In this document: piece after piece, positions 8,708 through 18,667 of the stretch | Layout of the letters: every line of letters begins with the position of its first letter | How positions within the stretch are numbered: position 1 is the first letter of the stretch | From: Nostoc sp. | GTDB lineage: Bacteria > Cyanobacteriota > Cyanobacteriia > Cyanobacteriales > Nostocaceae | Assembly (NCBI GenBank): GCA_036918135.1 | Contig: JBALDB010000049.1 | Span: 1-35,719 of the forward strand | Length of the DNA: 35,719 bases | Direction: 5' to 3' | Translations under genes and position numbers: made by a program | The notes under the pieces: generated by a model | The model's database searches: none | Seen by the model: the letters and a program-made list of their open reading frames with translations, nothing else | Told to the model about the DNA's origin: nothing

Positions 8708-10099
8708 TTATTCTTGCATCCCTTCGTATAACAGTCGTGCAAACAGCCGTGCGCCATCATCTATCTTCAACCGTGCATAAGTGGGTGGTTCACACGTTCC
8801 TACTGTTCGCAAATCGGACAATAGTTCTGGGTGAAACTGGCATGTAAACGATCGCCGAATCTGTTTACTCTCAAAATCTTTATAGATAATGCAAGTCGCA
8901 GAACATTCAGTAACAATTTCATCGTCAATGGTAGTAGAACACAAAATCTCGATCGCATCCGGCAGTTTCAGTAACCAGGCCAGCCGACTACCTGCTAAAA
9001 TCGACCGATGAGGAATAATGGCATCATGCAGCAAGCGGTATGCCCAGTTAGCAAATAAGATTGCTTCTTCATTAACCTCATCTGAATGAAACATGGCAAT
9101 ATTGACTTCCCGTTCATACTTAATGGCGGTGTCAATCACGCCTTCATATTCATCAGCAGTGATTTCGTGAGCGGTGATTAGGTCTTGGGGAATATCAACA
9201 GCCTCTGCATCCGGTGATTGGTAGTGATGCAGCCGCCGTTCGCCAACTTCCTTGTGTTCGTTCGGGCCAACAGCAAATTCTGGACGATCCCAGCCTTCGG
9301 CGATAACGTGCCCATTTCGCTTGGTAATTTTTAGGGAACTGCCAACTGTTTCAATTTGTTGACAAACGCGCTTCAGAGCTTTTAACATTTTGCCATTGCG
9401 GTCTCTCGTTAGATATTCTAAACTCAGCACTTGCTGAACCGCCTGCTTAATCAAATTGATATGTCCTTGCGCTGCCAGTTGATGTCCCAAACAAATAAAC
9501 AGCGCTAAAGCACTTATCGGCGAGCGCGAGATCAACAACTTTTCAACCAAACAATGGAGATCGTCGAGGGAACATTTGCCATCCTCAAAAGTAGAAGCAT
9601 CCCGTACTGAGGGATTACCACCTTCTACTACTACAGCTAACCCCGACGTAATCAAAGGCACCACTACATCACTATCGAGTAGTCCAGAAGACCATACAGG
9701 AAACAAAATTGAATCGCAATCGGCAATTTTTTGAGCGATGTATGTAACATTCAGCGATGCTCGAACATCTTCTCCTAATGGATTTTGTCCGACGTGTTTC
9801 CAAGGTTCAATAATGGCGATCGCATTGCGAAATAGACAAGAATGTTTCATCAGAAATTCTAAATCTGATTGCGAGTTAATTACCTTCTCCAATGGTTTGC
9901 CATATCCCCACTGAAATTTAGGGTTTTCTATGAGTAACGATGTGTCTGGTAAAGGATCGAGAGAGTGGCGATCGGCAAGAAATTGACCGATGAGAACATG
10001 CATAGATTCAAAGTCAGAATCCCCTTCACTTAAATAACCAGGACGCAGCCGCCAATTGTTAGGGGTTACTAATTGATTAATCGTTTGAATTGTACTCAT
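8708..10099 (-). CDS. Class I glutamine amidotransferase-like protein, 463 aa
   Basis: Nucleophile elbow FICLGHQL, VEGG oxyanion-like strand, MFHSDEV and terminal CQFHPEL (Cys-His-Glu triad). Confidence 0.7.
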   Translation of the reverse strand: MSTIQTINQLVTPNNWRLRPGYLSEGDSDFESMHVLIGQFLADRHSLDPLPDTSLLIENPKFQWGYGKPLEKVINSQSDLEFLMKHSCLFRNAIAIIEPWKHVGQNPLGEDVRASLNVTYIAQKIADCDSILFPVWSSGLLDSDVVVPLITSGLAVVVEGGNPSVRDASTFEDGKCSLDDLHCLVEKLLISRSPISALALFICLGHQLAAQGHINLIKQAVQQVLSLEYLTRDRNGKMLKALKRVCQQIETVGSSLKITKRNGHVIAEGWDRPEFAVGPNEHKEVGERRLHHYQSPDAEAVDIPQDLITAHEITADEYEGVIDTAIKYEREVNIAMFHSDEVNEEAILFANWAYRLLHDAIIPHRSILAGSRLAWLLKLPDAIEILCSTTIDDEIVTECSATCIIYKDFESKQIRRSFTCQFHPELLSDLRTVGTCEPPTYARLKIDDGARLFARLLYEGMQE

Positions 10100-10890
10100 T
10101 ACAATTTCTATACCTTTCTAAAATAACGCAATGTGCAACTTAATTTTTGTACCTTAATTTATAGCATTTAAGCTATCTAAAAACACATTCTCCGAGCAGT
10201 TGATAGGGAGAAACCAAGGATTCTAGACTTCAAATTGCATATGGTGTTACTTACTAAATTAAATCAAAATATAGATTAATCTTTAATAAAACTATAATAA
10301 TTTTTAAGAAATAAAACAAAGAGATTATTAACTTTATTGATTGACTAGCAACAATTTATCTGTCTTATCAAATATCAAATAGCTAAATTATTAATATTAT
10401 TAATTGACATCAAACAAATTATATGGATGAAAAAGTAATAAGAATATAATTCTCTACATCTTGCACCAAGCTCAGTACGGTTGTAAGCGCATAAAACCCA
10501 CAAGCTTAAAGCGAGGTCTAATGACAAGCTGCGAAGCGTCTACTCACAATTTCAGGGCAAGCGCATTTTAAATAGTAGCGAGAATACGATATAGTAAAAG
10601 GTTGTCCTTCAACTCTTTACTCTACTACTCTATCGCTAGAGGCTTTACTCCTCAAAATGAAGGCTCCATTGTTCTTAGCACTGGAGTAATTGAAGGACTT
10701 CAGGTGTTGCAACCTAACGTTATACTCGCCATCCCACATTATCACAGTGCAGCTTTCAGAGTGATTATCATTTGGAGGAGGTACATATTAATCTGGTACT
10801 ATTGTTTTTCACTCTTTAGTGTATTGAGTTCTAATTAAGAACTACTATAAATTGTCCATCAGCATATATTAACGTCAACAATCAAATTCG

Positions 10891-13800
10891 ATGATATTTC
10901 GCAGTCCGTATCCTGATATTACTATCCCAAAGCAACCGATAACAGAATTTGTATTGCAACGAGCAACAGAATTAGCCCAGAAACCAGCCTTGATTGAAGG
11001 GTTGACTGAGCGAATAGTAACTTATGGAGAACTAGCAGACTGTATCAGTCGAGTTGCTTCTAGCTTAGCGGCGCGTGGCTTCTCCAAGGGTGATGTTTTG
11101 GCAATTTACAGCCCGAATCTTCCCGAATATGCGATCGCTTTTCATGCGGTCGCCGCTTTGGGCGGAGTTATTACCACAGTCAACCCATCCTATACAGCAT
11201 CTGAGCTTACATACCAACTCAATGATACTGGTGCAAAATATCTAGTCACAATACCCTCGCTTGTCCCTCAGGTATTAGAAGCAGTCGATCAATCCAAGAC
11301 AAAAAAAGTATTTGTATTTGGTTGAGCGACTGGGGCTACCCCATTTTCTCTACTTTTAGAAAGTTCAGGCAAAGTTCCATGCGTACAAATCGATCCACAA
11401 GAAGATTTGCTTGTGTTGCTGTACTCTAGTGGCACCACTGGTTTGCCTAAAGGTCTAATGCATACCCACTATACATTTAGTGCAAACTTCTACCAATTCA
11501 AGCACTGCGAACCCTTAAGCGAAGCTGATGCACTCATCGCAGTCTTACCTTTTTTTCATTGTTACAGCATGTCTTGGCTGAATTACAGTCTTGCTTGCGG
11601 TGCCACTATTGTGACAATGCCGCACTTCGATTTAGAAACGTTTTTAAGAGCGATCGAAAAGTATAAAATTACTCGTACCCATGTCGTACCGCCAATTTTG
11701 CTAGCACTGGCAAAGCAGCCATTAGTAGATAAATATAATTTGTCAAGCTTGCAGATGCTTACTTCTGGGGCAACGCCCCTAAGCCATAAATTGATCCAAG
11801 AGTGCGAACAGCGTCTTTCTAATTGCGTCGTCAAGCAAATATATAGAACGACGGAAACATGTCTGAATACAGATACTCCAAATGAACGTGACAAAATTAA
11901 GCCTGGTTCAGTTGCTCAATGCATCACAAATGTAGAATGTCAAATTGTAGATGTTGATAGCCAACAGTTATTAAGTTCCAATCAACAAGGAGAGTTGTGG
12001 ATACGCGGACCGCACATCATGAAAGGATATTTGAATAATCCTGAAGCAACTGCCAAGGCAATTCATCCAGACGGGTGGTTCTACACAGGCGATGTTGGCT
12101 ATGCAGATGAATCCGGCTACTTTTACATAGTCGATCGCATCAAAGATTTAATTAAATGCAATGGTTACTCCATAGCACCAGCAGAACTAGAAGCAGTATT
12201 GCTAACTCATGGGGCGATCGCTGATGCATGTGTTATCCCAAGTTCTCATCCGAGTAGTGGCGAAGTTCCCAAAACTTTTGTTGTACTCAAAGATGAAGCT
12301 ACACCACAGCAAATTATGGAGTTTGTTGCGCGACAGGTCGCGCCGAATAAAATCATCCGCAGACTTGAAATTGTGGACAAAATTCCTAAATCACCTTCCG
12401 GCAAAATTTTGCGTCGGCTTTTAGTGCAACAAGAACAGATAAAGATAAAAGAACAAACTTCCAATGAGCAGTCATTAAAGCTGCAACTTAAGTTTCTGCA
12501 ACAATTAAATGATGCTTCTTTAAGTCAATGTCAAGAACTCTTAGTTCACTACATTCGAGAACAATTTCTAAAAGTTTTAGAAATCGATTCATTTCAAAAT
12601 CTAAATACAGATAAGCCTTTGAGTGAACTGAGGCTTGATTCTCTGATGAATATTGAACTCAAGAACCGCATTGATACTGAACTCGCCATAGACATACCTA
12701 TAGAAATATTTCTTGGTGACTCCAATATCAACCAATTGGTAAATTTATTAGTTCAGCAATTAGAAGCAAAGAAGACAAATTCTTCAAAATCTTCATCAGT
12801 TCAGTTAGCAACAGATTTGAACTCAGAAGTTGTTTTGGATTCGACAATTGTCCCAGAATATCCACCAGACTCAGTTGTCAGCGAGCCAGCTTCTATTTTC
12901 TTAACTGGCGCAACAGGATTTTTAGGAGCCTTCTTACTCACTGAACTTCTACAGCAAACTCAGGCTAAGGTTTATTGTCTGGTACGTTCTGCTGATTTGG
13001 AATCAGCAATCAGGAGAATTCAAAAAAATTTGAAATCCTATTCGATTTGGAATCAAGATTTCTCAAACAGAATTATCCCTGTTTTGGGAGATTTATCTAA
13101 ACCTCACTTAGGTCTGTCATCACAAGAATTTGATTTGATGAGTAGCCAAATTGATGTGATTTATCACAATGCGGCTTGGATCAACTATGTTTATCCCTAC
13201 TCTGCATTAAAGCCTACCAATGTTTTGGGAACCCAAGAAATCTTGAGATTGGCAAGCAAGGTTAAAATCAAGCCAGTACATTACATTTCCACTATTGCGG
13301 TTTTTGAGTCACCTGCTTATTCGGGAAAGGTAGTCACCGAATCAGATCCACTGATTCATAGTGAAGGAATGAAACTTGCTTACTCCCAGAGTAAATGGGT
13401 AGCAGAAAAGTTGGTGATGATTGCACGAGATAGAAAAATTTCAGTTTCAATTTACAGACCACCATTTATTTCTGGGCATAGTCAAACAGGCGTTTGGTAT
13501 AAAGATGACGTAATCTGCCGTACCATCAAAGGCTGTATTCAAATGGGAAGTATAATAGACATAACTGACAGATTGGATTTAGCTCCAGTAGATTATATTA
13601 GCCAAAGTATTGTGTATTTATCAAGGCAAAAAGATTTTCTAGGAAAAGCTTTTCACTTGAATAATCCTCAACCAGGTTCATGGAATCAACTAGCTAATTT
13701 TCTCCGCTCGTTTGGCTATCCAATTAAACATATTGCTTATAAAGACTGGCAAGTACAACTAACTCATGCTGTACGCTCTAAAGAAAATCCTTTGTATCAT

Positions 13801-14013
13801 CTTTTGCCTTTTTATCACAAGCAGTTGCCTCAAAAACAACTGAAACAACTACAGCAGTATCAGCAATCAACAGACCCGCAACTGAGTTGCTCTGTAACGC
13901 AAACTGCGCTGAATGATAGTTCGATAGTTTGTCCTGCCGTTAATGCCGAATTGTTGAATACTTATTTTTCGTATTTTCTTCGTAGTGGTTGGCTCGATTC
14001 CCCTCAAAAGTAG
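10891..14013 (+). pseudogene. 4-coumarate:CoA-ligase-like adenylation domain - ACP - thioester reductase fusion (about 1040 codons) with one in-frame TGA
   Basis: ORFs 10891..11325 and 11407..14013 share a frame, and the gap translates continuously (G*ATGATPFSLLLES...DPQEDL). Motifs YSSGTTGLPKG, GELWIRGP, YTGD, VDRIKDLIK, KSPSGKILRR; carrier LRLDSL; reductase FLTGATGFLG and YSQSKWVAE. Confidence 0.88.
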
Positions 14014-14157
14014 CGAACTTTCTCCTATTGCTCTCCAATCTCTAATAACCCAAGTTGTTGGTTATAGATTCAGGCGATAGGCGGAGCGTAACGCCCTTGG
14101 TGTAGCAATTTTGTCATTTGTCAATATATTGCCACACAGTTGTAGATGAGCCAGATT

Positions 14158-15726
14158 CTATTGGGACAAAACATTATTGACTGCGGCAACAATCAGCCCA
14201 CCAGAAGCGATATCAGTTACTATCCGGGCTATATGTTCGTCTAGACCTTGTTCGTGGTCGTTCCAAATGTAAGGACGCTCTTGTGTTGGAGGTCGTCCCA
14301 CTACATCACGCACTGCCATATACAAATCTCTAATGCTTGGCGATAGGGTAGCACTAGCATTATAATGATTGGCAACCAAGTAGGTACGTAAATCTACCGC
14401 TTGCACCCCGAACATGAGAGCGATCGCCATATATTGTTGAAAGATTTCCACAGAGCGCCGTGCTAAATTGGCGGAAGCAAAACCTTGGCTATTGATATTT
14501 TGGTTAAATTGTTCAGCGTGAGTAGGAAATCTATCCGTAATCGAATTGCCATAGAAAGTCAGCAGCGGCATTATGGAGTTTCCAGTTATTTGCAGACCTT
14601 TTAACCCCATGTTAACAGTACGCTCTCGGTTACCGACTAAAGATGCTGGGAGTCCATTGTTAAATTCCGGCGCTACGAGCAGAGCTATTTGTACATCCAG
14701 GTGTTTAGCCAACAACCCAATGTAGTAGCGCAACCGATCCATTCCTACACCAACATACTGTCCTGAGAAATTGCCGCCATGTAAACTTATTTGATTTTCC
14801 ACATCAATCAGTGGGTTGTCGGTAGCAGAGTTAATTTCCACTTCGATTTGTCTTGTAATCTCTTCAATGCCATCGACAATCGGACCCATGACCCATATCA
14901 TATATTGTGGCAGACAACGCAGCGAATAACGATCCTGAATCAGATTTTCATCGCGATAGTTGTGAGAACCATCTAACTCATCACGTATAAGGCGTGAACC
15001 TGCAAGCAAGTTCAACATTTGCTTGGCAGCCCATTTTTGCCCGGAATGTGGTTTGAGCTGATGGATAAGTGGGTGGAATGATTGATTTGTACCACTCAAA
15101 CCTTGAATAGCTAGGGCGTGAGCTCCCATTGCTAGGGATAAGAGGATTTTGGTGTCGTACACGCAGTTGGCGGCGATGCCTGTCATCACACTAGTGCCAT
15201 TCATCATTGCCAACCCTTCTTTTGGAAGTAGTTCTAATGGCTCTAAACCCAGCTTGCACAGGGCTGTTGGTGCATCCATTTCTTCGCCTTGGAAGTCAAC
15301 TTTAAAGCTGGAATCTAGACCAATCAACGCCCCACTGATGTAAGCTAAAGGCGTCAAATCGCCACTGGCACCGATTGAGCCAAATTCATACACGTGAGGT
15401 GTGACACCAGCATTTAAGAATGTTTCCATCCGCCTTATGAGTTCAAAGCGAATCCCGGATGCACCAATCATGTGAAAATTGGCTCGCAAGAGCATGGCAG
15501 CGCGGATATCAGCAACTGGTAATCTTTGTCCAGTTCCTACCTTGTGATACCACATCAAGTTGTTTTGCAGCACAGTCGCATCTTTGGGAGAAATAACGAC
15601 ATTTGCCATGCCGCCAAAGCCACTTGTCACGCCGTAAATTGGTGTTCCCAACTCTACTGCATTGCTAATGTAGTCACAAGATGCCTGTACACCCTGCAAA
15701 ACATCATGACTATCAGTTAAGCGTAC
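14158..15726 (-). pseudogene. MIO-dependent aromatic amino acid ammonia-lyase (cyanobacterial PAL/TAL clade), 5'-truncated
   Basis: PIYGVTSGFG, GSIGASGDL (ASG 15361-15369), MMNGT, QDRYSLRC, DNPL, HGGNF and HAEQFNQNINS. Homology continues upstream of the TTG (VRLTDSHDV) and ends at an in-frame TGA (15733-15735); the usual N-terminal segment is missing. Confidence 0.88.
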
Positions 15727-15883
15727 CGCTTTTCATATAATTGGCTTCCCCATCAACATAATTTTAGTTGTTTGTGTTTTTTTCATATACCGAATTAGCA
15801 GACTGATAATGGAAAGCTCTTTACTGGTACTATTGCTAAAATGACGTGTAATCAAGGATTGCAACTTAATATAATCTTTAGTA

Positions 15884-16125
15884 CAATACCTTCGCTAATT
15901 TACGAGGGTGAGTTGATGTCTGAACTCTCATATCTGCTGAGGCTTGGCAAAAACAATAAGTCCTAAAAATTCCTTCAAGGTTGACCACAAGGTTTTTTTA
16001 AGGCGCTGCCAGCAGTAGCAAGGGTTTGACATTTCCAGCTACCTGATTAGCTAAACGCTTATGTATGGCTTATTTTGCCATTTTTGCCCAAATTTTTGTA
16101 GGCTTTTATTTTGGCAAAGGTATTG
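15884..16125. mobile_element. 242-bp non-autonomous element with IS4-like terminal inverted repeats
   Basis: caataccttcgctaa (15884-15898) and ttggcaaaggtattg (16111-16125), 13/15 inverted match. No ORF and no visible target duplication. The IS4 assignment is from recalled end sequences. Confidence 0.6.
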
Positions 16126-16172
16126 GAGAGACTGTAAGCTGTTTTTTATTCCATCCTTGAAAGAAGTCTAAG

Positions 16173-17111
16173 TCAAGCCGATCGTAATCGTTCGATGTCT
16201 CGCATCGGTGGCGCACCAAACAGGCGTGAATATTCCCGGCTGAACTGTGAGGGACTTTCGTACCCAACCTGGTAGGCAGCAGAGGTTGCATCACAATCTT
16301 CTGTTAGCATCAGGCGACGGGCTTCCAACAGTCTTAACTGCTTTTGATATTGAAGTGGACTCATTGAGGTCACTTGCTTGAAGTGCTGATGAAACGACGA
16401 AGTAGACATCCTTACCTGCTTTGCTAAGTCCTCGACTCGCATCGGCTGAGTAAACTTAGACTTAATCCGTTTGATCGCTTCAGCAATTCGCTGCATACTG
16501 CTGCCAGATGTAGCAATTTGACGCACGGCTTCACTTTGTTCCCCTATCAGCAGACGGTAGTAGAGTTCCCGAATCATCATTGGTGCCAACATGGGAATAT
16601 CCTGTGGCGTATCTAAGAGCTTAGTGAGGCGAAGGGCACAGTCAAGCAACGTGGCATCAGCGTTGCTTACAAATAAGCCTCGGACGGAGTTCTCTTTCTT
16701 CGCTGAACTAAAATTCATTTGAGCAGCCATTTCACAAAGTTGCATTGGGTCTAGGGTCAGCTTTAATCCTAAATACGGCTGATCGGTTGTCGCCTCAACA
16801 ATACACCCACCGATGGGGAGATCAACTGAGACAACAAGACATTGCCCGATCTCATAGGGATACGTTTCCTCTCCCAGCACTATGTCTTTCTTGCCTTGAA
16901 CGAGAATGGCCAGACGCGGTTCATAATCCTGGTAAATGACGGCAGATGACGCATTCGATCGCGAAAAGCTCAATGGTGCGATCGCAGTTGGATAGACGAG
17001 ATTGTCATTAGGTTCGGTGTGCCGCGCCACTAATGCCGCCAGCGCTTGACACCGATCTGCAACTACCTCAGAATTGGGGATAACGAAAGTCATGGTAAAG
17101 CCTCGACTCAT
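16173..17111 (-). CDS. AraC-family regulator with AraC_N domain (YqhC-like)
   Basis: YEPRLAILVQGKK, SVDLP, RELYYRLL, MSPLQYQKQLRLLEAR and VGYESPSQFSREYSRLFG. Confidence 0.9.
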   Translation of the reverse strand: MSRGFTMTFVIPNSEVVADRCQALAALVARHTEPNDNLVYPTAIAPLSFSRSNASSAVIYQDYEPRLAILVQGKKDIVLGEETYPYEIGQCLVVSVDLPIGGCIVEATTDQPYLGLKLTLDPMQLCEMAAQMNFSSAKKENSVRGLFVSNADATLLDCALRLTKLLDTPQDIPMLAPMMIRELYYRLLIGEQSEAVRQIATSGSSMQRIAEAIKRIKSKFTQPMRVEDLAKQVRMSTSSFHQHFKQVTSMSPLQYQKQLRLLEARRLMLTEDCDATSAAYQVGYESPSQFSREYSRLFGAPPMRDIERLRSA

Positions 17112-17157
17112 TCAATGCCCTACACGATTATAGAATGTCTTTAAGTTATCCATGCTG

Positions 17158-17190
17158 GAGAATTAGGCAAGGATCAAAGAGTTTTAGGCA
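17158..17190 (+). promoter_or_regulatory. Putative AraC operator: direct repeat with 21-bp period
   Basis: gagaattaggca (17158-17169) and gagttttaggca (17179-17190), 10/12 identical, in the divergent promoter. Confidence 0.55.
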
Positions 17191-17353
17191 TTGGAAACGC
17201 TGGAGCGAATGAATAGGATGAAAGCATCTCAAGCAAGACCTTAAAGAGTCTGAAGAACGATGCCGTATTTGTTTCCTGAAACAATTAAAAACTTCTTGGA
17301 GGAAATGGCAATCTGTCCAAACAAACTTTGTCAGCCGTTTTACGCCTTTGAAC

Positions 17354-17562
17354 CGAATGGTACAAAGAAAAGGTGAAACCACGCGTAGGGCAGGGTGTTG
17401 GGGGTAGGGTTGCAGGTTCGTGTTTAAGACAATGCTTCGGCTGCGCTCAGCAACCATTGAATTTTAGTTGCGTGGCGGAGTTCAACATCTTCTTAATTCC
17501 CCACACCCCACACCCAAAAGTCAGTTATATCAAATGTTTACGCTTAACAAGCGTGCTATTCG
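17354..17562. repeat. MITE-like element, copy 2 (about 209 bp, both ends)
   Basis: Degenerate left end cgaatggtac...gtgaaaccacgcgtaggg and right end tttacgcttaacaagcgtgctattcg, with internal gggtgttggg/cccacacccc arms. Confidence 0.7.
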
Positions 17563-17612
17563 CCTCCGAACCCCTCAATAACAACTCAAGCAATTAACAG
17601 GAGAACCTATTT

Positions 17613-18578
17613 ATGCAAAATACTCCCCAACAAATGAAAGCAATGGCTGTGGACGAGTTCGGTCATGCTGACAAGCTGACTTTGCACACCTTACCCGTGC
17701 CTACGGTGGATGCAGGCGAAGTTTTGATTCGCATCGAGATTGCCGGAGTTGGCATCTGGGATGAGATGGAGCGTGAAGGTGAGCTGGTATATAACGAAGT
17801 TCACTTTCCGCGTGTGCTGGGCGGCGAATGTGCAGGCACGATCGTTGCCATTGGCGACGGCGTTGAGCGTTTTGCTGTTGGCGATAGTGTTTACGCCCAG
17901 AGCTTCATGAACGATAAGGGCGGTAGCTATGCCCAATACGTTGTTGTTTCCGAAAAAACGATCGCGCCGATGCCCGATGGTCTCGATATGCTGATGGCAG
18001 GCGGACTACCCATTGCTGGTATAACAGCACTAAACAATTTGCAGGCGCTGGGGATAGGCAGCGAAACCAAATTAATGCTGTGGGGCGCGAGTGGTGGCGT
18101 CGGTCACGTCGCGCTACAACTAGCTAAGCGCCTGGGCGCGAGCGTTTTCGCGATCGCATCGGGTGCAGACGGTGTAGCTTTGGCTCAGCAGTTGGGTGCT
18201 GATGAAGCTGTGGACGGACACAGCGACGACATTGCTCAACGCGCCCGCGCTTTTGCACCCGATGGCTTCGATACCGCGCTAGTGCTGGTGGGCGGCGACA
18301 CCGTTCAATCCACGCTCTCGTTGGTGCGTCAGGGCGGAATCATCTCCTTTCCTAATGGCGTGATGCCCGAACCCAAAGCGCCCGACGGTGTGGAACTCAA
18401 GAAGGCAAATGGCTTCGCCGACCCGATGTTGTTAGAGGAACTTAACCGATTGATCGGCATCGGTAAGTTTCAAGTTCACATCGCCCAGACATTTTTGCTG
18501 GAAGAGGCGGCACAAGCGCAGTCAGCGATGAAGCAGCATTATCTGGGCAAAATCGTGTTGCGTGTGAGCGGCGAATAA
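17613..18578 (+). CDS. NADP-dependent quinone-oxidoreductase-like MDR (Zn-independent)
   Basis: FPRVLGGECAG, GGSYAQY, WGASGGVG and GKIVL; RBS caggag upstream. Confidence 0.85.
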   Translation: MQNTPQQMKAMAVDEFGHADKLTLHTLPVPTVDAGEVLIRIEIAGVGIWDEMEREGELVYNEVHFPRVLGGECAGTIVAIGDGVERFAVGDSVYAQSFMNDKGGSYAQYVVVSEKTIAPMPDGLDMLMAGGLPIAGITALNNLQALGIGSETKLMLWGASGGVGHVALQLAKRLGASVFAIASGADGVALAQQLGADEAVDGHSDDIAQRARAFAPDGFDTALVLVGGDTVQSTLSLVRQGGIISFPNGVMPEPKAPDGVELKKANGFADPMLLEELNRLIGIGKFQVHIAQTFLLEEAAQAQSAMKQHYLGKIVLRVSGE

Positions 18579-18667
18579 GCGCTGATTGAATTTCCAGCTT
18601 TTGCAACAACGTTACTCTCAACAAACTCTGACATCTTCATTTCCACATTTTTACAGGAAAAATACCG

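Noticed and set aside
10575..10587. NtcA site in the GATase/4CL divergent promoter
   Set aside because: Spacing is GTA-N7-TAC, not the required N8.
10602..10838. 78-aa TTG ORF as a precursor peptide or regulator of the cluster
   Set aside because: Weak start, no RBS or leader motif, and composition typical of AT-rich intergenic DNA.
11323..11325. TGA as selenocysteine or programmed read-through in the 4CL fusion
   Set aside because: It lies in a non-catalytic linker, I see no convincing SECIS-like hairpin, and several catalytic motifs are also degraded. A nonsense mutation is simpler.
14158..15699. Histidine ammonia-lyase (hutH)
   Set aside because: It lacks the HAL SH motif, follows cyanobacterial PAL sequence closely, and no hut genes are nearby.
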